Shown here: positions 1 through 12,221 of the stretch, piece after piece
Numbering within the stretch: position 1 is the stretch's first letter
Layout of the letters: every line of letters begins with the position of its first letter
Assembly (NCBI GenBank): GCA_029953675.1
Contig: JAMWBK010000007.1
Span: 868,001 to 932,000 of the forward strand
Reading direction: 5' to 3'
DNA length: 64,000 bases
Source of the DNA: Rhodosorus marinus CCMP1338
Taxonomy: Eukaryota > Plantae > Rhodophyta
Translations under genes and position numbers: made by a program
Notes under the pieces: generated by a model
What the model was told of the DNA's origin: nothing
Database searches by the model: none
Seen by the model: the letters and a program-made list of their open reading frames with translations, nothing else

Positions 1-701
1 CATACTTTGGAGAGCCGCCTGTGAACCACTTTGCCAATAGAATTCTTGCCTGAACGGCTGGGCTCCCCTAAAGCACCAAAACGGCAGGCGTGAGCCATCG
101 AATGCCCTAAGAAACGGAGAGCCAAGCGGGCGATAGAGAGCACCGGCAAAGCAGACTAGTAGAATAACGCCATCAGACAAGAACGAACGAGAAAGGCGGG
201 TAGACCATTTCCATGTATCACCAGCAGAACGCATTGACGAACCCAAACCTTTTCACTCCGGAACCATCGACGGATGCATGAGTGCCCTCAGGTATGTCCC
301 TGAGCGATGATCGACCTCAAAATCAAGGTCTTACGCATCTCTTTAAGACCTATCTGGTCAATCGTACTCCTTCGGTTCCGGTAGAGAGTAACCACTTCGA
401 TGCCTGGTAGTCTAGTGCCCGAACTCTTAGCGCAGACCACAAGACAAGCTTTGTCCCGCCAGAGGCCCTTGAGGGCGATGAAAGGCGCAAAGAATGGCTC
501 ACCCGAACGATGGGGAGTGAAGGTGAGAAGCCTTTAGACAGGTTGAGGTAGATCGACTAGCTGAGATGAACGTGAAGAGGGGGATGTTCGCTAACTGTGA
601 CGTCGCTGGGTGGCTTTTACCTCTTGACCTTTGTGTTTTCTTGTTGGGGAGGGGAAGGTACTCGGATCTCTGGACCATTCCGAGCTCGCCGGTCGTGAAG
701 T

Positions 702-1139
702 ATGGAGAGTAGCAGCTTTGGGAGCTGTGTGATGGCGATCTGGGGCCATCATCTTGAGGACTCCGAAATTTTCTTGGAAGAAACCGATCGGTATGTTGTG
801 TTCGACACCGGTGAACATGTGCCCAAGCCCGTTTGTAAGGTTCCATATGTGTGCGAAAGACCGGAGGAGGCCGTCCCAGTGCTCGCATCAGCTTTGCGCG
901 TGTTCATGGTCAGGAGGGGGGATCTTCTGAAGGCCTTTAGAACGCTCGAGGACCTGGATGAACGGGCAACCTCCCTGTGCTCGGCGGCGGAATCTGCCCC
1001 GGAGACCCGTCTCAAGGAGGAGCTCATAACCCAGCTGCTGATCAAGGCAGATGCCGTTTCGACTGAAAACAACCAGTTGATAAGGGGAAGAAGGAGGGAG
1101 CTAATCAAGAGACTTCATAGCCTGTCCCCTTCTTCGTAA
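702..1139 (+). CDS. BAG-domain-containing protein (probably the 3' part of a spliced gene)
   Basis: C-terminal LKEELITQLLIKADAVSTENNQLIRGRRRELIKRLHSL matches the BAG-domain pattern (L..LL.KLD.V.......R..RK.L.K.I..L). The true start and upstream exons are unresolved; there is an in-frame stop at 696. Confidence 0.55.
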   Translation: MESSSFGSCVMAIWGHHLEDSEIFLEETDRYVVFDTGEHVPKPVCKVPYVCERPEEAVPVLASALRVFMVRRGDLLKAFRTLEDLDERATSLCSAAESAPETRLKEELITQLLIKADAVSTENNQLIRGRRRELIKRLHSLSPSS

Positions 1140-2969
1140 GCGTACTAGTCAAACGACAACTTCCCAACACGGCAGTTCTCGGCCAAGGAATTCAACGGGA
1201 TAAACGGGGGGGGTTTCCTTCCTGACCTGTCCTGCCTTTTGGAGCGGGTACAGTAACCAGGCAACCCCTGCACGGAACTCATATTAACTTAAAAGACCCA
1301 ATGGCGTACACAGTATCCCATTGTCCTAGCGCTTTTCCGTGGACTTCGTCCGGAGGCAAACCGTTCCGAGAAGGTTGAGCTGATTAGGCGCGGCACTCAC
1401 ACGGGAGTGCTTACTCTAGAAGACGAAAGCAGGCCTGCCAGGCAACGTCTCCCGCTCGCTCTTCTGAGGATGAAAGCAATCCGTCTCCAACGGAGATCTC
1501 GAACTCGAGTCACACAGACAGATTTCAGTACAGGATAAAATCGTGAAACGGGTATAGTCTTGTCTGCCTAGAATGCTCTGGATCCAACTAGTCAACAGAA
1601 AGGCCAATCCACGGGATACGATCCTTTGCTTCCGTACGCTAGTCAGCAGCCAAAGCCCTCTGAAGGCTGTACTCACGCAAAGGGACCCGCAAGGAGAACA
1701 TCTTTGGGAAGCGTTCTCTGGATTCACGAGTGGGTGCTGGGTTTAAGTCGTAAGGGTCGCTTTTTCGTTCAGTTTATGGGCTTTCACACCATCCGTGCAA
1801 TGTGTCTTTCCCAAATGACCCCCAAGGAACCTTTGATGCCTACCATGGTATAGCGCCTCCCAATGGTCCGCTTCTTCCCGTTCGTGCTCTTTACCTCACC
1901 ACTGCGAAAACCGTCAGTAGGAATTTTCTTTTTGGACATTTTTAAAGGGGTGAGGAGTAGGCCCTTCGAGAGCTAGACGGACTATAGAGGAGCCTCACCC
2001 ACAGGATAAAGTTGGAAGGAAACTTGTAGACCCTCACCAACCTTGGCGAAGCTCCCCACGGGCACACACAACCCAAATATCCAATCAGTCCACCTCTACC
2101 CCCCCCTACAAAATCACCATTTGCAAATTAAAACCTATTAAAATTTTCCTTTACAATTTTCCGGATTTTACTTCCACTCAAATCCCCCCCCCCCCCCCCC
2201 CCGGCCCCGGAGCATTGGGACAAACTCCCTTCCACCCAAAGCTCCATGTGAACAATTCAGTCAAAACTTCCATTGTATTCAATAAAAGTAGTTTGATTCA
2301 AGTCTTATAGACTGAGAGTAGGTGACTCTTAACATATTCTAGAGGGGATTCAGTCAAGACCATATATTGACTAATCCACTCGTAACATATTCCGTTTCAA
2401 GTTGGCTGTTTTCTTTCTAGACTGAATCTCCAACAATATACGTTTATATGTCATATAGTATTTCAATCATTAAAATACTTTGACTGTCTAAAATTCTTTT
2501 TTAGGAATTTTAGGGGGATTTGTTGATTGAGTAGAGGAGTGACGCTTATATAGTTCTGTATGGTTTTGGTGCGGATGGGGGTTTTTTTGAAGCAGGTTTC
2601 AGGTGTTTAAGCTGGAGAAGACTTGGAGGGGAAGACGAGGTGGGGGAGGGAAAAAGGGGAGGTTTGGAAGGTAGGAAGGGAGGACCGGTTTTAGTTTATT
2701 TTTTGGAGGTGGTTCTATTTGAAAGGCTGCACTTGAGCTTCTTATGGTTTGGCGGGAAGCGTGTAGGGGAGCGGGGGTTTGGTTCATTCGGACCTGAAGC
2801 GGTTGGAGAGGTGTTGTTTAGACTGGGTTGAGAAGGCGGGGACTTTGAGGATGAATTTGGAAGGCCGTCTGTTCACTTGGTTGAGTTTTTAAATATTGGT
2901 AAGTTCTTGAAGGGTGTGAGCCTGAGATTTTGACTTGGGGGAGTGAGGGAGGTTGTGTGTTTGGTGGAT

Positions 2970-3455
2970 ATGGAGCTTAGTTGTGACGTTCTGGAGAGGG
3001 AGGAGGACGAGCATGAGGACGTGGAAGAGGTTCCCAGGCTTGTGTTGCCTTCAACTCCGGTTGTAAATGAGGAGGAGCGAGGTGGGAGTGGGGTGAGGTC
3101 TGTGAGAAGTTACACGTGGAGGGGGAGGAACACGGAAAGGCAAGGGAAGGTCGCGAAGAAACGACGGAAGCAGGCGACGGTGACAAAGCTCTTGGAGAAG
3201 CTTGAAATATTAACGGTCGACTCTCAGACCAAACAAGGAAGCTCAAGACGTCTGGAATGTGACAGCAGTCCCGAGCACCGCCGTCTGAGAAAGAAACATG
3301 TTGTAAAGCGGGCGCTTCGAAAGATGAGGCTGAACTTCCAGGAACTCTATAAAGCCCTCGAAAACGCGAGAAGGGAGAAGGACTCCTCGGTCGTCTGGTC
3401 GGACCCCGAAGTCCTCTGTGGACCTCCCCATGGTAGCTCTTCAAAGGAAACCTAA
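2970..3455 (+). CDS. Hypothetical basic protein with acidic N-terminus and NLS-like KKRRK
   Basis: Open frame 2943-3455 with the first ATG at 2970. It is preceded by the G/T-rich leader seen upstream of other plus-strand genes here. No family recognised. Confidence 0.4.
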   Translation: MELSCDVLEREEDEHEDVEEVPRLVLPSTPVVNEEERGGSGVRSVRSYTWRGRNTERQGKVAKKRRKQATVTKLLEKLEILTVDSQTKQGSSRRLECDSSPEHRRLRKKHVVKRALRKMRLNFQELYKALENARREKDSSVVWSDPEVLCGPPHGSSSKET

Positions 3456-4185
3456 GGATTCTGGCCCACCAAAACAAAAAGATTCTATTGCACACCTAGC
3501 CGGTCTGTGCTGAACAACCTTGTACAGTAAATGCATGTTCCAACGAGAACAAAAGATTTCCTGCCGATCCCATGGTATCGGCAGTAGCTGTTGCGCTTCA
3601 TCTCTACATCAGACTTCGCCAGACGTTCTGGAGCTGCTTGGTCTGTGCTCGAACTATTCCGAACCTTAGCTCAATTCAGAGAAAACCTTGTCTATGCATA
3701 GAGTCATTCCTTGTCAAGAACGCACACCGGAGCTTTGGTTGCACCCCTTAGCTATTGTGGGTAAGCTTTTTGATGGCTTGAGCATACTCACAGAGCGGTG
3801 TTTTTATCTTCTGGAATGCCTGTGAAGCAGGCAAGCTGCGCCAACAGGAAAGCGCTTGAATTCCTCCTGAATATCTACAAGGACTGCATGACAGTTTCAT
3901 ACCCCGTTCCAAATTTCATGATATTCTCCAGTGTTCCGTGAAGCAGGTCAGTGCTCGTCCGCAAGCCAGGGTGGGAAATCGGTCGCCACAACATGCTCAC
4001 ACTGAGACCTTTAGAACAAATAAAGCTTGTTTACTCCGTGCCTTCCCATTCTGACACAGTGAGTAAGCAATTCCTTGCGACAATTTCACGGGACTATATC
4101 AATAATAGGGTTTTTGCCCATGGTAATCAGGGACCAACAAAATAAAACGACGCTTCTGGCAACTTGGCGACCGCCCAGAGGGTGC

Positions 4186-5053
<868 letters not shown>

Positions 5054-6289
5054 CTACAAACTTATTACCACCTTCAAACACCACCACCCCAAAAAAAGCT
5101 TTCTTTCTCTCCCTCCCTCCCTCCCTCCCTCTCTCTCTCTCTCTCTGTTTCTAAACAAAGCAAGATACTCCTCTCCCTCCTCCCACCTCTCCTCTCCTTT
5201 CTCCTCCCCCAAACCCTTTTTTAAGTCCAAACTCCCAACTCCTTCCGCCCTTTTCAACCGTTCCAACAAAATCTGTAAAACACCTTTCATCAATAGAAAG
5301 CATACTCTCATCCTTCCAAAAAAAAAAAAAACATCACATTTTGTGATTTACATTTCTAAAAACACACCCATCCCATCTAACTTTCTTTACCCCGCCTCTA
5401 TCTTTCTCTCCACAGCTACTTTTCTCCATTCCAAGATATTTAAGACGGGGAGGGGAGCGAGAGGGAGAATTTTTTTTTTCCTGGTCATAAAGATTGGTTT
5501 CTTCATATAGGGGTTTGGAGGATAGTTCAAAAATTTATTAATTGTATTTTGTAAGTTTTATAAATTATTAATTGAGAAGGAGAGAGAGAAAAATAGGGGT
5601 TAGAAATCGTAAACAGCGAGCTTGGACGAGTATCTGATTTTTTCGGGTGTGTGCTTTTACCCCTCCTATAGCTGTAAGAACTAAAATGGACATATTGTAA
5701 AACTTTTTTTATTTTTTGTGGATTGTTGGAGAGGCTTTCTTAAGGGGAAGGGGGTGGGTTGGCCTTTCCAAAATTCTCGAGCTTTAGCGTGGTAGCGCTC
5801 ACTGGTTGGTTGCGCGAAAGAAATAAGTTGTTGTCTATCCAATCGTGACTCAGTTCAATCGAATAAAGTGTTTGGTTGGATGTCTCATTGTATATTTCGA
5901 TAATTGGTTGGTTTAAATTTCGCTTATAATGCTTATCGATTTTTTATTGGTAAACAGTATCGAACAAGCCGCTATTCTCATAATTTACTCGCTGTAGCAT
6001 GACAGCTGGAGTTGTGATTGGTGTAAGGTTTCTATTGCACATGTTAGACATGAACAGGACACGGAGACCGCATGGTCGAGTTGGCCTTAGGCCGTGGTCG
6101 TGTTTGGAGACCCTGAGCGAAAGCTGGTACAAGACGGGCCTCCAATCTACCCTTCAGCATCGTAAATGCTGGTGAATACCGTTCTCCTATTTAGATAGGA
6201 ACGAATCATGTTCCACGTCAGAATGCTCGAATGGTGATGCAACTGGAAGCTTCGGTGCTAATCCGAGCGCTCCTCCGTGAACTCGTTGG

Positions 6290-6932
6290 ATACGTAGGAT
6301 GGATGATGATTTTTGTTATCGATCTATCCATTGACAACCGGGCCCAATTCAAGGCTTCGATTGCTTAAATGAGGCATTATTCTCACATCGCACTTTTCGC
6401 CGCAGACGGTCGGCACGGTACAAAGATGCTGACGTAGCAAACAACCTAGAGCAGAACGTTGCCGAGCATCTTGCTCGTTAGCTCAAGGAAAGCCGAGTTT
6501 GCTCCAAAAGACCCTCCAACAAGTACCAAAATTCCTGATGGGTTATACCCTAACGGACAACCTTAGATCCTTCAGTCTTGGTGGACCGGGCTCTCCGTTC
6601 AATATCATCCTGTGGTTAGTGTCTTGTCCGCAAACTCTTTAGATACGAAGGATGACTAATGAATTTTATGATCGATCTATCCATTGAGCCCAATTCAAGG
6701 CTTCGCTTGCTTAAATTGGTTAGGCCGAGCACTATTCTCACATCGCACTTTTCACGATAGACGGTTGGCACGGTGCAAAGACGCTGACGTAGCAAACGGT
6801 CTAGAACAGAACGTTGCCGAACAGCTTGTTCGTTAGCTCAAGGAAAGGCGTGTTTGTTCCAAAAGACCCTCCAACAAGAACCAAAATTCCTGGGTTGTAT
6901 ATCAAACGGACAACTTTAGATCCTTCAGTCTT
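6290..6932. repeat. Diverged tandem duplication, period about 355 bp
   Basis: Shared blocks such as atcgatctatccattga, gcccaattcaaggcttcg, ctcaaggaaag, ccaaaagaccctccaacaag and ttagatccttcagtctt occur in both approx. 6290-6580 and 6640-6932. Confidence 0.95.
6446..6534 (-). other. Duplicated RedCAP terminal exon (candidate alternative last exon)
   Basis: 89-nt copy of 6889-6801 with its own CAG acceptor (6537-6535), the same phase and the same TAG stop. It encodes (G)ILVLVGGSFGANSAFLELTSKMLGNVLL*. Confidence 0.75.
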
Positions 6933-7549
6933 AGAAACTCCTTGCTGTGCGGTCACGTACCAAGCATAGCCAAGCGGCCATTCCATGTCTCAGCTTCCTT
7001 GGTCAGTCCTCGCTTCCACAACGGAATGAGCCCCATGGGCTCGTCGTCAAGCTCACCTTCCTCCAGGAAGAGCTTGTCCTGGAAAGAGAAAGGAGCGATG
7101 GTGGCGGCAATCGACACGATTAAAACGTGGACATGGGCAATGAGAATGACTGCCCTCTGGGCGCTGATCGGCTTGCCACCGCCAAGATCAGCCAGGGTGC
7201 CCCACTGCTTGATGTCCAGAAGCTCAGACGTAGGCGGGATGAGTCCGTGTCCCTGGCAGAACGCTGAAATCCAGATGAAAAGGAAGCCGAACATGGCGTG
7301 GCGTCCATTCCAGGTCTCGGCCTTCACGCTCGGGCCCCAACCCCACTTCGCGAACTGAGGATATTCATTCTTGAAGTCGTCCATCGCCTTGGTGAAAATA
7401 TCAAGAATGATCTTCTCCTCGGGCATCTTGATCGTCGGAAGCTTATCACGCGCCGGAGGCTTCCCAAGCGCAACTCGCACGGCATCTCGGCTGAACGTAG
7501 ATCGAGTAGACTCCCTAGGATAAGTCAGCCAACCAAAAGCCATGGCCAA
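6801..7549 (-). CDS. RedCAP: RedCAP (red-lineage chlorophyll a/b-binding-like protein), exons 7549-6961 and 6889-6801
   Basis: Two LHC motifs (AETWNGRHAMFG, AETWNGRLAMLG) plus RedCAP-typical FAKWGWGPSVKAE, LLDIKQWGTLA and QRAVILIAHVH. A 71-nt GTACGT...CCCAG intron completes helix 3 (LAMLG-ILVLVGG). Confidence 0.92.
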
Positions 7550-9236
7550 AAAAAAGGGTGAAAGAACAAAAAAAAGGAATAACCAAGTCCCTCAGCCTCA
7601 AGCAGATCGCTTCCCTTCAGAAATGTCAGCTCACAACAAACTTACGTCACAGGCCGAGCTTGGGTCACCAACCCAGCTCCGCTCGCAAAGAACAGCATTT
7701 TGGTTTTTCAACGACGTATAAAAAAAAAGCAACAGGAAAACCCCTAGAAAAGCCACAATCGACACGCCCAATCCTAACAAAATCTTCCCCACCACTCCCA
7801 CCCCCCTGCCCCTCTTTAAGATCTCTTCCCTCGATCCAATCCTGCCTCACTCACCCCCTTCCCCTTCGTCCCAAATGCCTACCAGCTCTAACCGCACGCA
7901 ACCTGCCAAAGAATGGCGAGCAATGCCCTGCCGAACGCACTAAGCAAACTCCAACCCAATCAGCCGCAAAAAAATACGATCAACCCCCTCCCTAAAAACA
8001 CCTTACCAATCTTTAATAAAACATATTACCCCTGTTATAAACAATTAAAACCTAATAAATTATTTTATAAAACACGATATTACAATTTGTTGACGCCGAT
8101 GTCGGAACGTATAATTTTCGCTGGGTAGGGTAGAATTATAGGGGGGGGGGGGATTAGAAATTCATTGAAAGCCATCGACCTCAAAATCACAACAAGAAAA
8201 CTCCAGGATGATAACTTTTAATCAAAAATCTATATTTTACAAGTCCGTTGACAACACATCAAATGCATTCTAAAAATATCGGAGAAAAAAAACGGTTCAC
8301 CACGGTTGTTCATTTTAAATATAAATAAAAAGGTATATTCAATCCAACAACGTATAGACTGTTTTTTATTTGATAATAATATAAGTATTTTATAATATTT
8401 AAGTTGTTCCAGTCATTACATACGCTTAACGTATATAATTGGAGATTAAAACGCCATCGACTATCATTATAGTATCAGTCGCTAGCGGATCATACATGAT
8501 TGGCTCAAAGCTGACCGACCACATTTCTCTCGTATGCGAGATTAAAAATCCCATACAGTACCTAATAAACATTATACGTACAGCATTTATCGTATGGTTA
8601 TCATGTCCATGGTTCCGGTGCAGATTTTTGGGCCAGTTTCCCTGGCCAAAAAACAGTTCGACGAATGGTTCCTTTCACGAGATATGTTGAAAATCGGGCC
8701 AAAAACTGTTCTCGCCATGAGTTCCAATGTTTCTTTTTGCTTCAAGGCACGGACTTGGAAGTCATGGAAATGTAAAGAGAAGAAGGGGGGGCCACACTCA
8801 ACGCCGTTCAGTTTCCAAAACGATTTTAGTTTTAGTTTTTTTCTATAATTGTGTATTTATAAAAAATATAAGAGGGGGTAATCTATATTAGGGGATCGAG
8901 TGCTTTTCGGAAATATCGTTTGCTGAAGATGAAAAAGGTACTTAAGTGGGATTCGGAGGAGCCCTTTTGGGGAGGGAGGCGGGTTGGAGGTAGATGAGGT
9001 TAGGCCATTTAGGAGGAAGGCTGTTTAGATGTATGATTTGGGGTAAGAGAAGGAGTGAAGAGGAGCGTACTCTTTGATCCGGAGGGGGTTGTGGGTGGAA
9101 ATTGTCCAGGGTGGAGGCGTTTTGGTCGGGATCTCTGGAAGAAAGTAGTGGGTTTCGAGTTGGTGCGCTAGGTCGGGAGGCGTTTCGGGGTTGTTTACTT
9201 GAGGAAGGGGATTGTTCGGTGATTGGACCTCTGAGG

Positions 9237-10251
9237 ATGGAGGATCTTAGCTTAGGATTTTTGAGCGGAGCGGTTGGGGAGGTCGTGCACCGTGGCGGGG
9301 TGTCGAGCAGGTGAGTTTTTCTGGAGGTCGCTTTTTTTGTTTTCCTTTGGGTCGGCATTCTCGTTGCGTGGTTTGGGGATGGTACCAGCATGATCTAAGC
9401 AGTTTCTCTGGATTTCTGTCCTGTTTTTATGCCCGTAAAAGATGTGCGAGAGGGAGGGAATTCCAGGAATTCCAGAATGGTGCTGCTGCTCGGGGAAGAG
9501 TGGTTGTGAGAGGTGAGCTGGAAGCAAACCATAGAATTGATTACTCCCGGCTCGGCAGTGTGATTGGGTCTTTCTCGTATTTTGAGAGGAGCTGTTTCCA
9601 CCATAACTGAAACGCCTTGGTTGATCGGTGTCCCGTATTTCAGTCAGCACCCCTCAGTCACCTGTAGCTGCTGGAGTCTCCGAGAATGCGGAGGTTATTG
9701 ATGAGGTTATGGAGCTTTCTCTGGAGAACGTGGAAAAGGTCCTCGACGAACTGCGTCCATATCTTATCGCCGATGGTGGTAACTGTTCCGTACACGAGAT
9801 TGATGGGGCCACGGTGAAGCTGCTCCTGGAAGGAGCATGCGGTTCATGCGTCTCCTCAGCGGTGACTATGTCCATGGGTATTGAGAAACGGTTAAAGGAG
9901 AAAATTCCAGAGATCGAGGCCGTTGTGCAAACAACCCCAGAAGGGCCCGAGCTCAACGAAGAAAACGTTGAAGGCGTAAGAATAGCGGAGCATTTCATTT
10001 GTGCACAGAGATGATAACTAATGTTCTAGCTTTCTTCCACTGACCGACAGGTTTTGAATGAGGTCCGCCCTTTCCTGAATGTCGCTGGCGGGACAATCGA
10101 ATTGACGAGCGTGACGGGAGTGGGAGGCCCGCAGCCCATGGTGCGCATGAAGATGAGTGGCACTGGATCAGCCATCACCTCTGTTAAAATGGAGATTACC
10201 CAGAGGCTGCGCCGCAACTTTCCCTCTATTGGCCAGGTTATTATTAAGTGA
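9237..10251 (+). CDS. NFU: Plastid NifU-like Fe-S carrier with two NFU domains; exons 9237-9310, 9403-9512, 9644-9975, 10051-10251
   Basis: [19 protein letters not shown]...[20 protein letters not shown] (CxxC motif) followed by a second degenerate NFU repeat VLNEVRPFL. All junctions are GT-AG and phase-compatible. The N-terminus resembles a transit peptide. Confidence 0.92.
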
Positions 10252-11246
10252 GTGTAGTTTGCTGTTTTTTGAGTTTTTGATGTTTTGTGAGTAACTATGC
10301 TTGTATGTAAAGGGGGAAAAGAAAGCGTAAACGGAGCTTCTTCAACGTCAAAAGAAAAAAAGCGCTGAGAACGGAAAGGACCGAGGACATGTTCAGGGAC
10401 GTAGTCCGTCACTTTCGCTGCCTGACATAATCGCATTGAACTCTGCGTTTCGCATTTGAGACGTGCAAATAGCTTCTTACAGAAGGCATGCCTCTCCCGC
10501 AAGAGTCCAAATAAGCGCGAGGCGGCTCGGAGCGAGAGACTTGCTTCCCACGCGCAATGGCCGCAACGTCGAAACCAACTACCGCCGGCTTCAATACAAA
10601 CGGCTCTATAAAACGAAGTTTCAAGTTGCAAACGAGCCGTGCCTGCTTTAATACAGCGGCGAAGAGATAGACAAAAGGCGCCATCTAACATCTCCTAGGA
10701 ACTCTAGCTGCCAAAAAGCAATGAACATAGTATTCGGTTCCTCAAGCGCTTGGCTCACATTTGATCGTGGCAGGGTGCGAAGCATCAAAAACTTGAGACT
10801 ACGCCATACCAAAAGAACAACACTCCGTCTGTTCATTCGCAAGGAAACGAGTGACAAAACTCGACAGGAAAATAAAACAACAGACAGGGACAAAAAAAAA
10901 AACACAGACTCTATAAGAATCAACAAAAGCACTCCATCACCAACACCGGCAAACCTTTTGGCGGATGACAACTTTTTCCACTCCTCACTCCTCAGCCGGT
11001 CCAAACAGCCCCTCAACAGTCGAAGAAAACAGCGTATCGCCAGGCGAAAACGCTGCGGTTGGAACTCAAGCTCCCGCTTCGCTGGCACGTCGATCCGTCG
11101 CCATCGTCTCCTTCTCCGTCACGATCTCCCAAAAGGAGACCACACTGTGAAGAAAGCGCTGGTGTTTGCGGTTGGACAACTTCCTTTCTTTGAGTGCCGT
11201 TTTGTCGTTCTAGTCAATTCATCGGAATTCATCCTTTTTCTTCTGT

Positions 11247-12221
11247 TCACGTATTCACAGCTTGTTCATCAGTCTTTCTGGAGGCTCTGTTTCTGAGCAG
11301 TTTGTCATAAAACAGTACAGTCTCCTCATAAATCGTCCATGTGATCGCTGATCCCAAGCACCGTTTCACAAACCTCGGTGATGATCCTCTGAAGAACCCG
11401 TACAGACCTTCCTCATTGAACATTCGTTTCATTGTCTGCCAAGCTGAGCCGTACTTGTCGTTGTACATTGGCTTGTGCCTAGATAGCTGCATTCTCGTCT
11501 TGACAACGTCCTGAGGCTGGGTGAAGAGAGTCGCCAGACCACCACCCAGAAGCCCACAAGAAAAGTTGATGGTCATCGCCGCGATTCCTTTGCCGGACGG
11601 ACTTCCGTCAAAGAACAGTGGCTGAATCCATTCCTTAGCTTTGATGTAGAAAAAGAGATATAGAGCTGCGTAGGGCGCATCTCTGATGATCGTCGGGAGT
11701 AGACCGGCGAAAAGCCCTTTGATCCCCTCGTTGCGTCCGATCACAATGAGCGCGTGAAGAACACCAGTGTACTTATGGGCAAGTTCAAACGCTTCAAACC
11801 GCGTCTTGACGACGGTCAATGGCAGGAGGATCATCGAAGAGATTGATCGAGCGGACGCTCCAGCGAGGAGGGTTGATGAGTTCGAAAGCGTGCCGTCACT
11901 GGACTTCAAAAGAGTGGTGAGATTATTAAGCGTAACGAAATACAATCCCACACCCATCATATTCCTCATGATTGTCGGGATACCTCCTCGCCAAAGCCCA
12001 CGAGCCCCATCCTGTCTCGCCACCGCAACCATGGTCTTCCACATCCCACTGTTCGGAGGCAGCATCAGCCGGCTCTCTATCCCCACTGTCCGACTGAACG
12101 CCGTGCTCATCTGCATGCGCGTCTTCACGACATCCAGCGGCTGCAAAAGAAGCGTGGTTATACATCCCGACGTCGCTCCAGCCAAAAAATTCGACGCAGA
12201 CTTAGGCTTGCCTGCCACCAT
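11247..12221 (-). CDS. SLC25A38: Mitochondrial carrier, SLC25A38/Hem25 (glycine carrier)-like, intronless
   Basis: 324 aa with carrier signatures PLDVVKTRMQ, PLTVVKTRFE and PQDVVKTRMQ. RDAPYAALY and the C-terminal PRFVKRCLGSAITWTIYEE resemble the SLC25A38 subfamily. Confidence 0.88.
   Translation of the reverse strand: MVAGKPKSASNFLAGATSGCITTLLLQPLDVVKTRMQMSTAFSRTVGIESRLMLPPNSGMWKTMVAVARQDGARGLWRGGIPTIMRNMMGVGLYFVTLNNLTTLLKSSDGTLSNSSTLLAGASARSISSMILLPLTVVKTRFEAFELAHKYTGVLHALIVIGRNEGIKGLFAGLLPTIIRDAPYAALYLFFYIKAKEWIQPLFFDGSPSGKGIAAMTINFSCGLLGGGLATLFTQPQDVVKTRMQLSRHKPMYNDKYGSAWQTMKRMFNEEGLYGFFRGSSPRFVKRCLGSAITWTIYEETVLFYDKLLRNRASRKTDEQAVNT

Noticed and set aside
10026-11296. ORFs 10026-10691 (-), 10648-11088 (-) and 10721-11296 (+)
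   Set aside because: They overlap the 3' ends of NFU and the carrier gene, run through low-complexity tracts and have no recognisable motif. A small real gene cannot be excluded.
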